DNA of 64,000 nucleotides from an uncultured Planctomycetota bacterium (GCA_963823665.1 CAWGMQ010000007.1:864001-928000), one strand, 5' to 3'. Counted from the stretch's first letter, positions 1-11,520 are shown. Numbers and translations: made by a program. The notes: generated by a model from the sequence alone, not told the origin.

Positions 1-1
1 T

Positions 2-2397
2 GTCGAGGCAAAGGTCAAGGAGCTCAATAAACCCACAGCGGGCCGGATGTTGCCAGGCACCAAGATCGAGCCGTATTACGACCGCACCGACTTGCTGCAC
101 CTCACCACCGAGACCGTGACGGAAAACCTCATCCTGGGAATCGTGCTGGTCATTGGCATCCTTTTCATGTTCGTGAACAACATCAAGACCGCGATCATTG
201 TCGCCATCAACATTCCGCTTGCGCTCTTGTTCGCATTCACGATGCTCTATGTGCGCGGCAAGTCGGCAAACCTGCTTTCGATCGGAGCGGTCGACTTCGG
301 CATCATCGTCGATTCGTCCGTGGTGGTGGTCGAGAACATCTACCGCAACCTCGCCTCGAACAACCACGCCGATCTGCCCATCAAACAGCGGATCAATCTT
401 TTCGTCCAGGAGATCGACCACGCGCTCTTGTATTCTGTGATGATCATGGTCTGCGCCTTCGTGCCGCTCTTTGCGATGACCGGCCCGGAGGGGCAGCTCT
501 TCGGGCCCATGGCCCAGACTTACGCTTTCTCTCTGCTCGGTGCCCTTGTGCTGGCACTGACGCTGACGCCTGTGCTGTGCATGCTGCTCTTCAAGAAATT
601 CAAGCCGGTCCAGGAGAACATCCTCGTCCGCGCACTCAAGTTCCGCTACTTGTGGAAGCTCCAGCTCTGCCTCAGGTTTCCCAAGACCACCTGCGTCGTC
701 ATGGCGTTCTTGATCGGCGGCACGGCCTGCTTGATTCCGCAGCTAGGGCGTGAATTCATGCCGGAGCTGGAAGAGGGCAACTTGTGGCTCCGCGGAATCG
801 GCCCGCTCAACATGAACCTCGACCATCAGGTGACGATCGCCAGGAAGGCTCGGGCGATCATCGCCAGCTATCCCGAGGTCGAGTCGATCGTGACGCAGAG
901 CGGCCGGCCCGACGACGGGACCGACACCGAGGGCTTCTACAGCGGCGAGTATTTCGTCCCGCTGCGGCACCAGGAAGACTGGCCCAAGCTGGCGGAGCAG
1001 ACAGGCTGGCGGCGCTGGATCTGGGGACCGACCCGCTCGCGGTCGAAGAAAGAAATCGTCGCCGCGATGAACGCCGAGCTCGAGCGCTCGATCCCCGGCA
1101 TCGTCTGGAACTTCTCCCAGAACATCCGCGACAACGTGCTCGAAGCCCTCTCCGGGATCAAGGGGGACAACTCCCTCAAGATCTTCGGCCCGGACATCAA
1201 CGAGCTCGAGCTCCTCGCCACCAAGGCCAAGAATGCCCTCCAAAGTGTCCCGGGCATCGCCAACGTCGGCATCTTCCACGTCCGGGGCTCGTCGCACCTC
1301 GAGTTCCGCGTCGATCCCGAGAAATGCCAGAAATGGGGAGTCACGACGGCCGACATCAACAACGTCGTCTCGAGCGCCGTGGCCGCCAAGGCCATGTCGA
1401 GCATGGTCGAAGGCGAGAAGATCTTCGATATCTCCATTCGCTGGCCCAAGTGGCGCAGGACCGACGAGTCGTCGATCCTCGACATTCCGGTGGACGTCAT
1501 CAACAACCAGGTTGTGGTGGCACAGGGATCGGGCTTCACTCCCAACGCGGCCGGGCATGCGTTGCCTCCCCCATCGGTCGCCGGCAACCTGGCCAATGAC
1601 GCGAACCCAATCAGCAGCACCCCGCGAATCCGGTTGGGCGACCTGGTCACGCCGGTCGGGGCCGACTACAAGCCGGACCCCACCGGCAAGTTCAATCGAG
1701 CGGGTGCCTCCACCATCTATCGCGAGAACGGCAAGCGGATGATTGCCATCAAGTTCAGCGTGCGAGGCCGTGACCTGGGCAGCGCCGTCGACGAAGCCAA
1801 GGCGCAGACCATGGATATCTTCGAGATCCCGTACTCGGCAGTTTGGAGCGGCGAGTTCGAGCAGATGGAGGCAGCCAACGGCCGGCTGATGTGGATCATT
1901 CCCCTGTCACTGGCGCTGATCTTCATCCTCCTGTACGCGGCGTTCCGCTCGTTCCTGGACACGATCGTGATCTTCAGCAACGTGTTCGACGTGGCCGTGG
2001 GCGGCATCTGGTCGTTGTACCTGACGGGGACCAACTTCAGCGTCGCGGCGGCCGTAGGCTTCGTCTCGCTGTTTGGGATCGCCATCATGGAGGGCCTGCT
2101 CTTGATCTCGTATTTCAACGCGCTTCGCGCCAGGGTCTCGGTCTCCACGACGCCATCGTCCAGGGCTCTCTCAAGCGAGTGCGCCCGGTCATGATCACCG
2201 CCATGACCGCCATCCTGGGGCTATTGCCCGCGGCCCTGTCGACGAAGATCGGCGGCCAGACGGCTCAGCCCCTGGCCATCGTCGTCGTTGGCGGGATGAC
2301 CGTGACGCTCTTCCTGGACCGCTATCTCATGCCCGTGCTTTATAGCTTCTACGGTCACCGCGAGCCTCCGGCAGGGGGCGGGGGCATGGCCCATTGA
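2..2397 (+). CDS. CusA/CzcA-family heavy-metal RND efflux permease (5'-partial; one frameshift near 2130)
   Basis: Frame is open from window start. Motifs ANLLSIGAVDFGIIVDSSVVVVEN and GREFMPELEEG. C-terminus (GSLKRVRPVMITAMTAILGLLPAA) continues in the 1843..2397 frame. Confidence 0.9.
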
Positions 2398-2469
2398 GGT
2401 GGTCGGATCATCGCCCTGTTGAGTCGCGGTAACTCCCCTATTGACTGAGCGAGTTGATTGGAGCGGACC

Positions 2470-3249
2470 ATGCCCGGGATCCAGACGATTCTGCATCCGA
2501 GCGATTTTTCGGAGAACTCGCTGCCTGCCTTTGAGACCGCATGCGCACTGGCACGCGACTACAATGCGAGCCTGGTCGTTCTCCACGTCATGATCCCGTC
2601 CTCATCACCGTTCCTGGAAGGACCACCGCCGGATCCGCTCAGGTCGGCTGAATCCCAGGAGTCCGTGGCGCATTTGCCCTGGCCGCAGCCGGCGGGCCCA
2701 CCCATTCGAGTCGAGCATCGCGCGGCCGAAGGAGATGCTGTGGAGGAGATCATTCGCCTGGCGGAGGCGCTCCCGTGTGACCTTGTCGTCATGGGCACTC
2801 ACGGCAAGACCGGGTTGGGCCGGATTTTGACCGGCAGCGTGGCGGAGGGGGTCTTGCGCAGGGCCGGCTGCCCGGTGCTCGTGGTCAAAGCTCCGACAGG
2901 GACGCCGCGAGAAGCCGATACGAAACCGATCGCAAATCCTGGTGACATCATCAACGCGCGCCCTCTCGGGGCAGCGCTCCATTCGGCCCACAGCCAGACG
3001 CTGGTGCGCACTGCCTCGCTCGAAGTTGTTCGCTTGATCGTCCGAGCCGGCCAGGAAGTCCACGTGCACAAGGCCAATGGCGACCTGATCGTGCATTGCC
3101 TCGAGGGGAGCGTGGCCTGCACCGCGCTCGGCAAGACGGAGCTGCTCGAAGCGGGCAAGCTTCTGAGTTTATCAGCGGGCGAGCTGCACGCGCTCAAAGG
3201 GCTCATGGCTGCTTCTCTTCTCTTGACAATCGCGATCCCGAAATCCTGA
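2470..3249 (+). CDS. Universal stress protein fused to a C-terminal cupin-like domain
   Basis: USP motifs ILHPSDFS, DLVVMGTHG, GSVAEGVLRRAGCPVLVV; C-terminal cupin-like HKANGDLIVHCLEG...GELHAL. Confidence 0.85.
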   Translation: MPGIQTILHPSDFSENSLPAFETACALARDYNASLVVLHVMIPSSSPFLEGPPPDPLRSAESQESVAHLPWPQPAGPPIRVEHRAAEGDAVEEIIRLAEALPCDLVVMGTHGKTGLGRILTGSVAEGVLRRAGCPVLVVKAPTGTPREADTKPIANPGDIINARPLGAALHSAHSQTLVRTASLEVVRLIVRAGQEVHVHKANGDLIVHCLEGSVACTALGKTELLEAGKLLSLSAGELHALKGLMAASLLLTIAIPKS

Positions 3250-3287
3250 CGGGCTTCCGGCGGATCGGAAGTGGATCAAGGTGCTTT

Positions 3288-3767
3288 ATGATGCTCGCAA
3301 GAATCATCAGCGGCGGCGAAACCGGCGCAAATCAGTCAGGGTGGCGGGCCGCCAAAGCGTTTGGCGTCGCCACCGCCGGCTGGATGCACAAGGGGTTCCT
3401 GACCAATCAAGGGGCACACCCGGAGTTTGCCGAGGAATTCGCGGCGGCCGAGTTGCCCACGGACACCGAGCCCGCTCGCGCCGAATGCAACGTTCGCAAC
3501 TCGGATGCGACCCTCTGGTTCGGCGAGACCATGACCTCGATGGCTCAGGCGACGGTCGAGGCATGTCACCGGTTCGGCAAGCCATGCCTGCCGGTCTATC
3601 CCGGGGCCGCATTCGAGCCATCGCACGTCGCGGCGTGGATCGCAGAGAATCAGATCAGGACGTTGAACGTGGCCGGCAATTGTGAGATCGAGGAGCCCGG
3701 CATCGGCAATCGCGTCGAACAGTTCCTCGGGAAGGTCCTGGAGCAGCTTGGACACGAGCGAGCCTGA
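3288..3767 (+). CDS. Putative molybdenum carrier family (Rossmann-like) protein
   Basis: Family motifs IISGGETGA, NVRNSDATL, IRTLNVAGN. Confidence 0.8.
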   Translation: MMLARIISGGETGANQSGWRAAKAFGVATAGWMHKGFLTNQGAHPEFAEEFAAAELPTDTEPARAECNVRNSDATLWFGETMTSMAQATVEACHRFGKPCLPVYPGAAFEPSHVAAWIAENQIRTLNVAGNCEIEEPGIGNRVEQFLGKVLEQLGHERA

Positions 3768-3865
3768 CCCTGTTCCGGCGCTCGCGGCCGGCAGCAAGAG
3801 CCGCACCCTGGTCCTCCCCCCAAGTGTGGTGTCACCGCGAGCAACGTCTTTGCGGCCAAAGAGGG

Positions 3866-4264
3866 TCAATCCCTCTCTTCCTGGTAGCGTTTCAGACGCC
3901 CAACGCCGGTGTCGGAGTGCACCAGTTCGCGATCTGCATCCTGGGGATGCCAGCCGACCAAGAATGAGTGCGAAGTCGTCGCAGTGCCATCGGTGTTGGC
4001 AGCCGCATTGGCTTCGGGATCGACATGTCGCTGGCGGCTGGCCATCTCCCAGAAGCCGGGATGGCCGTCGGGATCGGAGGATTCCACCACGTCGATGACG
4101 CGCTGGACTTCCGCCGACTCGCCCGCCGCGACGCCGACCGCAAGTCTGAAAATCCCGCGCGTATGGGCCTCGATCCGGCCCGGATCGATCCCCGCCAGAA
4201 CCAACCACCGCCTCGCACGCGCGAGCGTTTCGACGTGCGCAAACTGATGTGTCACGTACCGCAT
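3866..4264 (-). CDS. Hypothetical protein
   Basis: 132-aa ORF with strong RBS (AGGAGGGA) and protein-like composition. Confidence 0.65.
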   Translation of the reverse strand: MRYVTHQFAHVETLARARRWLVLAGIDPGRIEAHTRGIFRLAVGVAAGESAEVQRVIDVVESSDPDGHPGFWEMASRQRHVDPEANAAANTDGTATTSHSFLVGWHPQDADRELVHSDTGVGRLKRYQEERD

Positions 4265-4443
4265 GATTTCTTCCCTCCTGATTTGATTGTTCGTGCACGT
4301 GGGTGAGCTGACATACCACGCTGGTCAGACGCACGTTGCCATTGCCGCGAGTTCCGCGAGCCCCGCGCAACATGAGTCAACGCGCACCGAAGGCGCACGA
4401 GATACCAGCCGCGGTTCCGAGACGCTGAGTCAGCCGAGCAGGA

Positions 4444-4914
4444 TCAACATCGGAGGGGGTGTTGTGACAGGGAGGGTGCGGAGCGGGTGTCAGTCCGGGC
4501 AGGTGCGGATTCGGCTCGGAGCATGATCCAGCAGCGACACGCATCCTGGAGTGAACCCGAGACCGGGCGATGCTTTTCGTCGTCGTCCTCGAGGTCGTCC
4601 GACGTCTTGCCGTCGCCGGGGTCTCGAGACGTCCCGTCATCGTTGGGGTCGTTCGAGCGTCCAAACTTGGGAATCGCTAACGGATGTTTGTGCACACCCA
4701 GAGGAAAGCCGCGCTCCGATCGAGGGCCGCACACCGCGCAGTCGGCGCCGGTTGCTTGGCAGGGGCCGTTCTCGTCGGTGATACCGCAGGCAGCGGCGTG
4801 GCCGCCGTTGCCGGGCATCTCGCGGGCAAATGCATCGGCTGTTGCCAGCATCGCCCACGCGATTGTGACGAGAGAAAGCCACCAGCGGTGCGCCGACCGA
4901 CGAGCGATGGCCAT
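4444..4914 (-). CDS. Hypothetical exported protein
   Basis: Signal-peptide-like N-terminus (WWLSLVTIAWAMLATADAFA), RBS GAGGA. Confidence 0.45.
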   Translation of the reverse strand: MAIARRSAHRWWLSLVTIAWAMLATADAFAREMPGNGGHAAACGITDENGPCQATGADCAVCGPRSERGFPLGVHKHPLAIPKFGRSNDPNDDGTSRDPGDGKTSDDLEDDDEKHRPVSGSLQDACRCWIMLRAESAPARTDTRSAPSLSQHPLRC

Positions 4915-4990
4915 GAAAATCCTCTGGCGAGGGTCTATGGAAAGGCTGTCGATATTTTAGAAACAATCCCCCAAATCATGCAAGCCCGTT

Positions 4991-5010
4991 AATTCAAACG
5001 TCCTTGAATT
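4991..5010. promoter_or_regulatory. Candidate operator, perfect 7-6-7 inverted repeat
   Basis: AATTCAA-acgtcc-TTGAATT in an AT-rich gap between divergent ORFs. Confidence 0.4.
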
Positions 5011-5107
5011 CTTCGAATGGAAGGATTAAGTTAAATTCACAAAGTCGGCCTGCTGCGGGGCCGAATACGAAGCACGAGCAAGCTTGGGCTGTGCCCGGGA
5101 ACGACAT

Positions 5108-5677
5108 GTGCGGAAGATGCTGATCCTGGGTTGTTTCGGAACTCTGAGCATGGCTGCGGGGACGGTCACTTCCGACGCACAATTGCAGGGGCGAGGGTCG
5201 GGGCGCGACACGTATGTCCAGGGCGACCTCGAATACCGCATCGTGCACATCAGACGTCACGCGGGCCGTTTCGGGCATACATTTTTTGCAACCGAAGCCG
5301 AGACTGTGCCCTACCTTTTTGTCGGGGAGCCGGGCTCGGGCGCAGCCGCCCCGGGCATGTTCACCGGCATCGCGGTCGTGGGGGTCGGCGTGAGCGGAGC
5401 CGAACAGAGGACCGCGGGTCATCCGGTGGGCCCCGCCAGCCACCCACAGGCGCACGTCTCAGTACGCGCCGAGCAGGGGGAGCCATCGACTTCGCAGCCG
5501 GCAGCGGCGGGCGCCGACGAATCGGACCGGACGGGCGGGGCCACGGCGCAGCCGGATCCCGGCGCCAGCCCGGTGTCACAGCGTCCCCCAGGGGCACTGG
5601 GCCCGGGCCGGCCGGTCTTTGGGTGGTCCGGCCCGGGGCTGCCAGGACCAGGACAAGCGGCAAGTCCTGGATCGTGA
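5108..5677 (+). CDS. Hypothetical secreted protein with Pro/Gly-rich tail
   Basis: Signal-like RKMLILGCFGTLSMAA followed by low-complexity C-terminus. Confidence 0.5.
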   Translation: MRKMLILGCFGTLSMAAGTVTSDAQLQGRGSGRDTYVQGDLEYRIVHIRRHAGRFGHTFFATEAETVPYLFVGEPGSGAAAPGMFTGIAVVGVGVSGAEQRTAGHPVGPASHPQAHVSVRAEQGEPSTSQPAAAGADESDRTGGATAQPDPGASPVSQRPPGALGPGRPVFGWSGPGLPGPGQAASPGS

Positions 5678-5708
5678 GACGAGTGTTTCCCAGCCGATCC
5701 CCGGGCGA

Positions 5709-6533
5709 TCATTTCGCCTTGTCCGTTTGGAAGCGGACTTTGACGGGAACTTCTGCCCGCAACCGCTCCTGAGCATTGGCCACGCGGACCACGACCGGGA
5801 TGAGGCCGTTGGTGCGGTTGGCCACCTTCCCGAGGAAGACGATCTTCCCCGTGACGGCCGGCTCCGCCTTGCCGTCGAGCCAAATTTCGGCCGACTGGCC
5901 CACGGCGACCTGATCCGCCTGAGCGGGTGACAGCTCGCAGCGAACGTCGAGCTCGCGCAGATCGACGATTTCTCCCCAAACCAGGGAGCCCGGCCAGCTC
6001 ACGGTGCCCGGGCTGACATCCAGCCAGGCGATCTCGCCGTCGATCGCTGCGTTCACGGTATAGAGCTTGAGCTCGCTCGCGGCGAGGGAAAGCTCGGCTT
6101 CCGCGGCTGGCACCTGCGCTTCGTAGCTGAGCGCTATGGCGCGGATGTCGTTGTAGACGTTTTCAGGCATCGCCCCGGTGCTGTGGGACCGATCGGCGTT
6201 TTCGAGGTTCTTCCGGCTGTACTTGGCCTTCGCCTCAATGCTCTTCAGATCCTTTTCACGTGCCCGGACCTTGGCCTGGGGCTCGAGATCGTAGAGCTTG
6301 ATCAGCACCTGGCCTTTCGTCACGCGGTCGCCCGGCCCGACCAGCACCTCGACGACGGGACGCAAGATCGCGGGCGCAATGATTCCCCGGTGGGAAAGCA
6401 TGCAGCGCGTTCGCCCGACTACCTCCAGTGGTCCAGCCGGCCCCGGCTGTGCTGGTGCGCCGGGAGCGGCCAGCACGCAAACGGCCAGAGTTCCCGGAAT
6501 CAGCCCGCATGCCACGAGCACAAACATTTTCAT
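5709..6533 (-). CDS. Efflux RND periplasmic adaptor (HlyD/MFP family)
   Basis: Signal peptide; VEVLVGPGDRVTKGQVLIKL, coiled coil, YTVNAAIDG, LRAEVPVKVRF. Confidence 0.85.
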   Translation of the reverse strand: MKMFVLVACGLIPGTLAVCVLAAPGAPAQPGPAGPLEVVGRTRCMLSHRGIIAPAILRPVVEVLVGPGDRVTKGQVLIKLYDLEPQAKVRAREKDLKSIEAKAKYSRKNLENADRSHSTGAMPENVYNDIRAIALSYEAQVPAAEAELSLAASELKLYTVNAAIDGEIAWLDVSPGTVSWPGSLVWGEIVDLRELDVRCELSPAQADQVAVGQSAEIWLDGKAEPAVTGKIVFLGKVANRTNGLIPVVVRVANAQERLRAEVPVKVRFQTDKAK

Positions 6534-6737
6534 GACGCGATCTCCACTCGGTGCTGGACCGTACCGTACTGACCCCCGCGGGAGTCAGATTATACCTCCT
6601 GGCCGCCCAGGGCTCGCGGATTTGCCGTTGCCGTTACACCCGGACCATCGCCGCCCGGAATTGGCCGGAATTCCTCAAGAATACAGCCCGCATCGCCGAT
6701 AGCCCGGTGTAGGCACGACGGCAAGGAGGCAAAACGG

Positions 6738-6983
6738 ATGGGACGCAAAGACGCGGAAGTGCAAGAATGCCCGCAGTCAAAGCAGATCGGTGATTCACCC
6801 GGAAGCGTGAAAACCGTCAAGGTGACTCTCCATCTCACCGTCGGGACGGCTCAGCGCCTCGGCGTCGAGTCGGCGATGCGGCGGGTTTCGCAGTCAGCCA
6901 TCGCGGAAGAAGTTCTGGCGGCTTATCTGAGCCGCTGGCAGCTTCCCGCGGTACCCGACTCGCATCGGCTTGACGCGGGGTGA
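6738..6983 (+). CDS. Small putative ribbon-helix-helix DNA-binding protein
   Basis: RBS AAGGAGG; pattern VKVTLHL-helix-SQSAIAEEVLAAYL. Confidence 0.5.
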   Translation: MGRKDAEVQECPQSKQIGDSPGSVKTVKVTLHLTVGTAQRLGVESAMRRVSQSAIAEEVLAAYLSRWQLPAVPDSHRLDAG

Positions 6984-7135
6984 GACGACGGATTGCGAAC
7001 GAACGGAAAGATTGCTCGCGGTCTACGGAGTGGGTAAAGACGAGTGACGCCGAGCTCGGTTCAAATCGGGCCCAAACGGCATAACCGAATGTGGCGGCCT
7101 CAACTTTCTTGGCATTGGAGTAGGATGGCCCTGTG

Positions 7136-9398
7136 ATGTCGATGCGTTGGCCGGCACTGATCTGTGTCCTCTTGCTGCTGGGCGGCTGTCACGCGCCGCC
7201 CCTGCAGGAGATTGACCAGACCGTGTCAAACCTTGCCTCCCATCCCTGGGACGTGGCGCCGAGCTCACACTCGGAAGCCCGTCGACGCCGGTCCTCCCGC
7301 GGCCGGCGCGGCGCCCGCCGCCCGGGCCCCGAGCCAGGATGCCCCGCAAGCGTTGCCGCCGGCGGTGAACACTCAGCCGCCGCCGGTGAACGCCCAACCG
7401 GCGTCGCGGGTAAACGCCCAACCGGCGTCGCCGGTGAATGCCCCACCACCGTCCGCGGCTCGTGCGGCTCCCTCTGCCGCGGCCTCTGGCCGGCGTCTGG
7501 CTTATTCGCCGCCGCGAGATAACAACGTCAAACGGACCTCGTTCACTCAGCCCGAGACCACCACCCCTGACCAGGTAAAGCAGTCGCTCCAGAAGTTTGA
7601 GCTGAACATACCCAAGATCGTGCCGGGCTCGGAGACCCCGCTCGTCTCGCTGCCGCCCGACCGGGAGGACCCCCTTCGGCCGGCGGCGATCGCCCGGCTC
7701 TTTCCGAAACTGCCCGCACTGCCCGAGGAACCCGTGGAGCTGCCCGGGCCCGGCGAACGCCCGTACACCCTGGCAGACCTCCACAAGCTCGCGGCCGAAA
7801 ACAGCCCGGCCTTGCGCCAGGCCATTTCCGATATCGAAGCGGCCCGCGGCGTCTTGAAGCAGTCCGTCACCTATCCCAACCCGACGATTGGATTCGAGAC
7901 CAATCCCAACAACAACAACACGGGCTCGGCCACGATGGGGTTCTTCGTCGATCAGGTGGTCAAGACAGGGGGTAAGCTGACCCTGGCCGGGGCCGCGAAC
8001 TTGATGAACCTACGCACCGCGGAGCTGGCGCTGAAGCGGGCTCGCAGCGATCTGGCCACCACGATCCGCGGTGACTATTACACTCTGCTGGTCGCCAAGG
8101 AAACGGTGCGCGTCAACAAAGCGCTGGCCGACTTCACCGACCAGATTTTTCTGCTGCAAACCGACTTGCTGGCAGGTGGGTTCGCCGCCAGCCACGAGCC
8201 GGCGGCATTGCGGTCGCAGGCCTTCGTCGTTCGACTCGGCTATCAGCAAGCCATTGCCAACTACGTGATGGCCTGGAAGGAGCTTGTCGCGGACATGGGA
8301 CTCAAGCAGTTGCCGCTCAGCCAGGTCGAAGGCCAGGTCGATCGGCTCATCCCGTACTATGATTACGACCAGATTCTCGCCCACGTCCTCCATAATCACA
8401 CCGACATCCTAACTGCCGCGATTACGATCAAGGGATCCGACTACACCCTCAAGCTGGCCCAGGTCACTCCAGTTCCCGACGTCGAAGTGCGTGCCGACCT
8501 CTTCAAAGAGCACATGATTCAGCCCTTTCAGAACTACTTCATGGTCAGTCTCTCCATTCCATTTCCGGTCTGGGACCAGAACAAGGGAGCCATCCGAGCA
8601 GCCGCCGCTGCCAAAGTCCGTGCTCTCGAGGGACCGCACGCAGCCGAGGTGAACCTGACCACGAACCTGGCCACGGCTTATGCCACGTACCAGACCAACC
8701 TGTATTCCATGGACTATTACCGCCGTAACATTCTGCCCGATCAGGTGCGCTATTACCGGGGCGTCTTTGAACGGCGGCGGATCGACCCGGGAGTGGCCTT
8801 CGGCGACCTGGTGCAGGCCCAGCAGACTCTCGTCGCCGACGTCACCGCATACCTCGGAATATTGAATACACTCTGGACATCGGTGGTCAGCGTTGCCGAC
8901 TTTCTCGCAGACCGACGATCTCTTCCAGCTCGCCAAGCCCATGGAGCTGCCCAGCAATCCCATTATCGATGCACTGCACGAGTGGCCGTGTCCGCATCCT
9001 GAGCTGACAGTCGCGCCGGATGGCGTCCCAGCCCCCGTGGTGATTATTCCTCACGCGGGAGCGACGACCACTCCCGCGCAACTGATCCTCCGGCACCGGG
9101 CCAGGGAATCGCCAGGCCGAATCCGACGGTGGCGGTCGGTTCTTCCAATCGCGCGTCGGGACCCGGCCAGCCGGCTGCCGAGCCGGTTCGAGGGCCGGTT
9201 GTTTCCGAGCGTCCGTTCGCCGCTGCTTTTTCCGGGAACGCCGCTCGGCCAACCGACGGGAAGCCGGCGGGCATGTTCGAGTCGCCCTTTGCCGGTCCGA
9301 CTTCCGTGGCGGCCCGGCCGGTCGTGCAAGATTCCCGACCGTTTGCGACAGAACTGTTACGGCCATCGAGCACCGTAAGTTTATGGAGCTCACCATGA
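7136..9398 (+). CDS. TolC-family outer-membrane efflux lipoprotein (frameshifts near 7262, 8905 and 9080)
   Basis: Lipobox LLGGC; YTLADLHKLAAENSPAL, YPNPTIG, LSIPFPVWDQNKGAI. Joins ORFs 7133, 7164, 8893 and 9129. Confidence 0.8.
7358..7450 (+). repeat. Coding tandem repeat (PVNAQPAS-like, about 4 units)
   Basis: 21-24 bp units of the type ccggtgaacgcccaaccggcgtcg. Confidence 0.75.
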
Positions 9399-10620
9399 TG
9401 AAAACAAAACAGATGCTTCTGGCCGTCGTCGTCGGTCTCGCGTTCTCGAACCTGGGCCTGGCGCAAGAACCTCGCCCGGCGTCGCCCGGCGGAGCTTCCG
9501 ACACGCTCTCAGCGGCCTTCGCCGACTCGGTGACGCAAGAGGGGCTCCCCGCTCCCTTGCCAATCCGACCCGGATGCCGGAATTGGTGGAGGGGTTCTCC
9601 AGGCACTTCCCCGGCCCGCGCAATCTGCCAGTCTCCCTCTTCGCGACGGCTCAGCCACGCTCAACGGAACCGATGCCCGTTGCTGGACCGTATCTCCAGA
9701 CCGACCCTTTCCTCGACCCCCCGGAGTTTCCGCAGCCGGGCTGGTTTGCCGGGGCGGAGGCTCAGATCGTCAAGCCGCATCTGATCACCCGAGCGGAGAA
9801 GAGCGTGATCGCAGGCAAGTACGTGAATAATGCCGGCGGTGACTTTCCGCTGCCGCGGCTACTACGAGCATCGTGAATCTTCCTTCCGCCCCACTGAGCT
9901 GGACCGCGTCTCCCCGCGTTTTTGTGGGTTACCGCCTTCCCTCCGGGTTCGGTGAATTCATGGTGGCTTACCGCAATCTGGCGAGCCTCGGGCAGCGGCG
10001 ACGGGCTCGGAGTACGAACGGGCCTGTCGCTCTGGGCACCCGGTTCCAACTGAACACGCTCGACCTCGACTACAACAGCCGCGAGCTTTCGCTCTGGCCC
10101 CAGTGGGACATGAAATGGACGGTCGGGCTTCGAAACGCTTGGATCAATTGGGCCGCACAGGGGACCGAGCCGTTCAGCCAGGCGGCTGTCGGAGGCGTTT
10201 TCCAGGCGCGACAATTCAACAACACGTACGGCATTGGCCCGCACTGGGCATTGCAGCTCGACCGTTTCTTGGGGGATTCGGGGTGGTCGCTCATGACCCG
10301 CTTCGATGTCGCCGGCACCTTCGCCTATATCTCGGAGGGGTGGCTGACAAAGTCGGGGACGCTCGGCCCGGCCGGCTAGCCGCAGGTCGGCGAGACACAC
10401 GCGTTCGGCCACCAATTCTCGCCGTGGATCAACTACCGGTTGGGGCTCAACTGGCAGCCGTCGCCAGACAGCGGAACAAAATTATTCATCGGCTACCAGT
10501 ACGACGTGATCTGGGACCTGGACGGCTTGTTCAGAGCCAACCCAGCGGATATTCCCCGTCCTCAACTTCGGCCAATTCTGGGATCAAGGGCTCGTCCTTC
10601 AGGCAACGTTCCGATTCTGA
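9395..10620 (+). CDS. Planctomycete outer-membrane beta-barrel protein (Lpg1974-like); several indels and an in-frame TAG at 10377
   Basis: Signal peptide; PRVFVGYRLP, LDLDYNSRE, WTVGLR, GIGPHWALQL, LFIGYQY; ends GLVLQATFRF-stop (terminal Phe). Confidence 0.7.
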
Positions 10621-10724
10621 ACCATGTCGCCTCGCCGTCTTGCGGATCCGGTGGCGATCGGCTACCCTGCGCTATACCAATCAGCCGAACGAGACACCCC
10701 GCACAACTGCATGAGAGGCCGCTG

Positions 10725-11482
10725 GTGCTAGAGCGCCTTCGGTCACTGCATACCTCTTTCTGGCGTGGAGCGTACCGGTCTCCACCGTCCTCTTGCATGG
10801 CGCCTCGGCTGCGGCCCTACAGCAGGGGGCGGCGTCGAAAGAGACTTCCGACCAGGATACCGAGACCAAGAAAACGCCCGAGGGCGCAGCCGCGGGCAAG
10901 AAGGCAGCGGGCCGGGCCAAAGCAGCGAAGAAGAAAGCCGATCGAACGCAGCGCTGCCAAGAAGACGCCCGCGAAGGCCACCGGGCTCGATATGGCGCCG
11001 CCCATCGTTTGCAAATCGATCGACGGCTACGAAGACTACAAGCCATTGCCTGGCGCGGCCCAGACGAGTGATGAGAAACTGCTGGTTTACATTCGGCCGA
11101 TAGGCTACCAGACCGAGAAAGTGGAGAAAGGCTATCAGTCGCATCTGACCGCCGATGGCGAGGTTCGCCGCGCGGGGAGAAGACGATTCTGCGCCAGAAA
11201 AAGAAGCTCCTCGAATACAAGCCGGTTTATGAGACGCCTGAGCGCGTGATCTACCTGAGACAGACCGTGTCGCTCAAGGGACTCGCGCCGGGAGACTATG
11301 AATTGACGATCATCCTGCATGACGAGCTCGGCAAGGGCGCGACGGCGACCCAGGTCGTCAAGTTCAAGATCATTCCGGCGCTCGATCCGCGCAAGGTCAA
11401 GGAACCGCCGATGCCGAATGAGCTGGATGCGTTGTACGCGCCGTTCATGGATTTCGAGATTCCGGGCGACGACGATGAATAG
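10725..11482 (+). CDS. Hypothetical protein, Lys/Ala-rich linker plus Ig-like domain (frameshifted)
   Basis: Fragments CKSIDGYEDY, KLLVYIRP, LKGLAPGDYELTIILHD across ORFs 10440, 10793 and 11246. Confidence 0.6.
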
Positions 11483-11492
11483 TCGGAAATGC

Positions 11493-11514
11493 GTCAGGCT
11501 AAAGCCTGACCTAC
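11493..11514 (-). repeat. GTAG-type REP hairpin
   Basis: Minus strand GTAG-GTCAGGC-TTTA-GCCTGAC. Confidence 0.65.
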
Positions 11515-11520
11515 GAGAAC

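Noticed and set aside
6718..6780. c-di-GMP-I riboswitch-like words (GGCAAA...GGGACGCAAAG)
   Set aside because: No P2 stem with GNRA loop between the motifs; the sequence is the RBS and start of the small ORF.
10377..10379. Amber read-through or pyrrolysine in the beta-barrel gene
   Set aside because: The gene has several other errors; TAG is a normal stop elsewhere (hslU); no pyl context.
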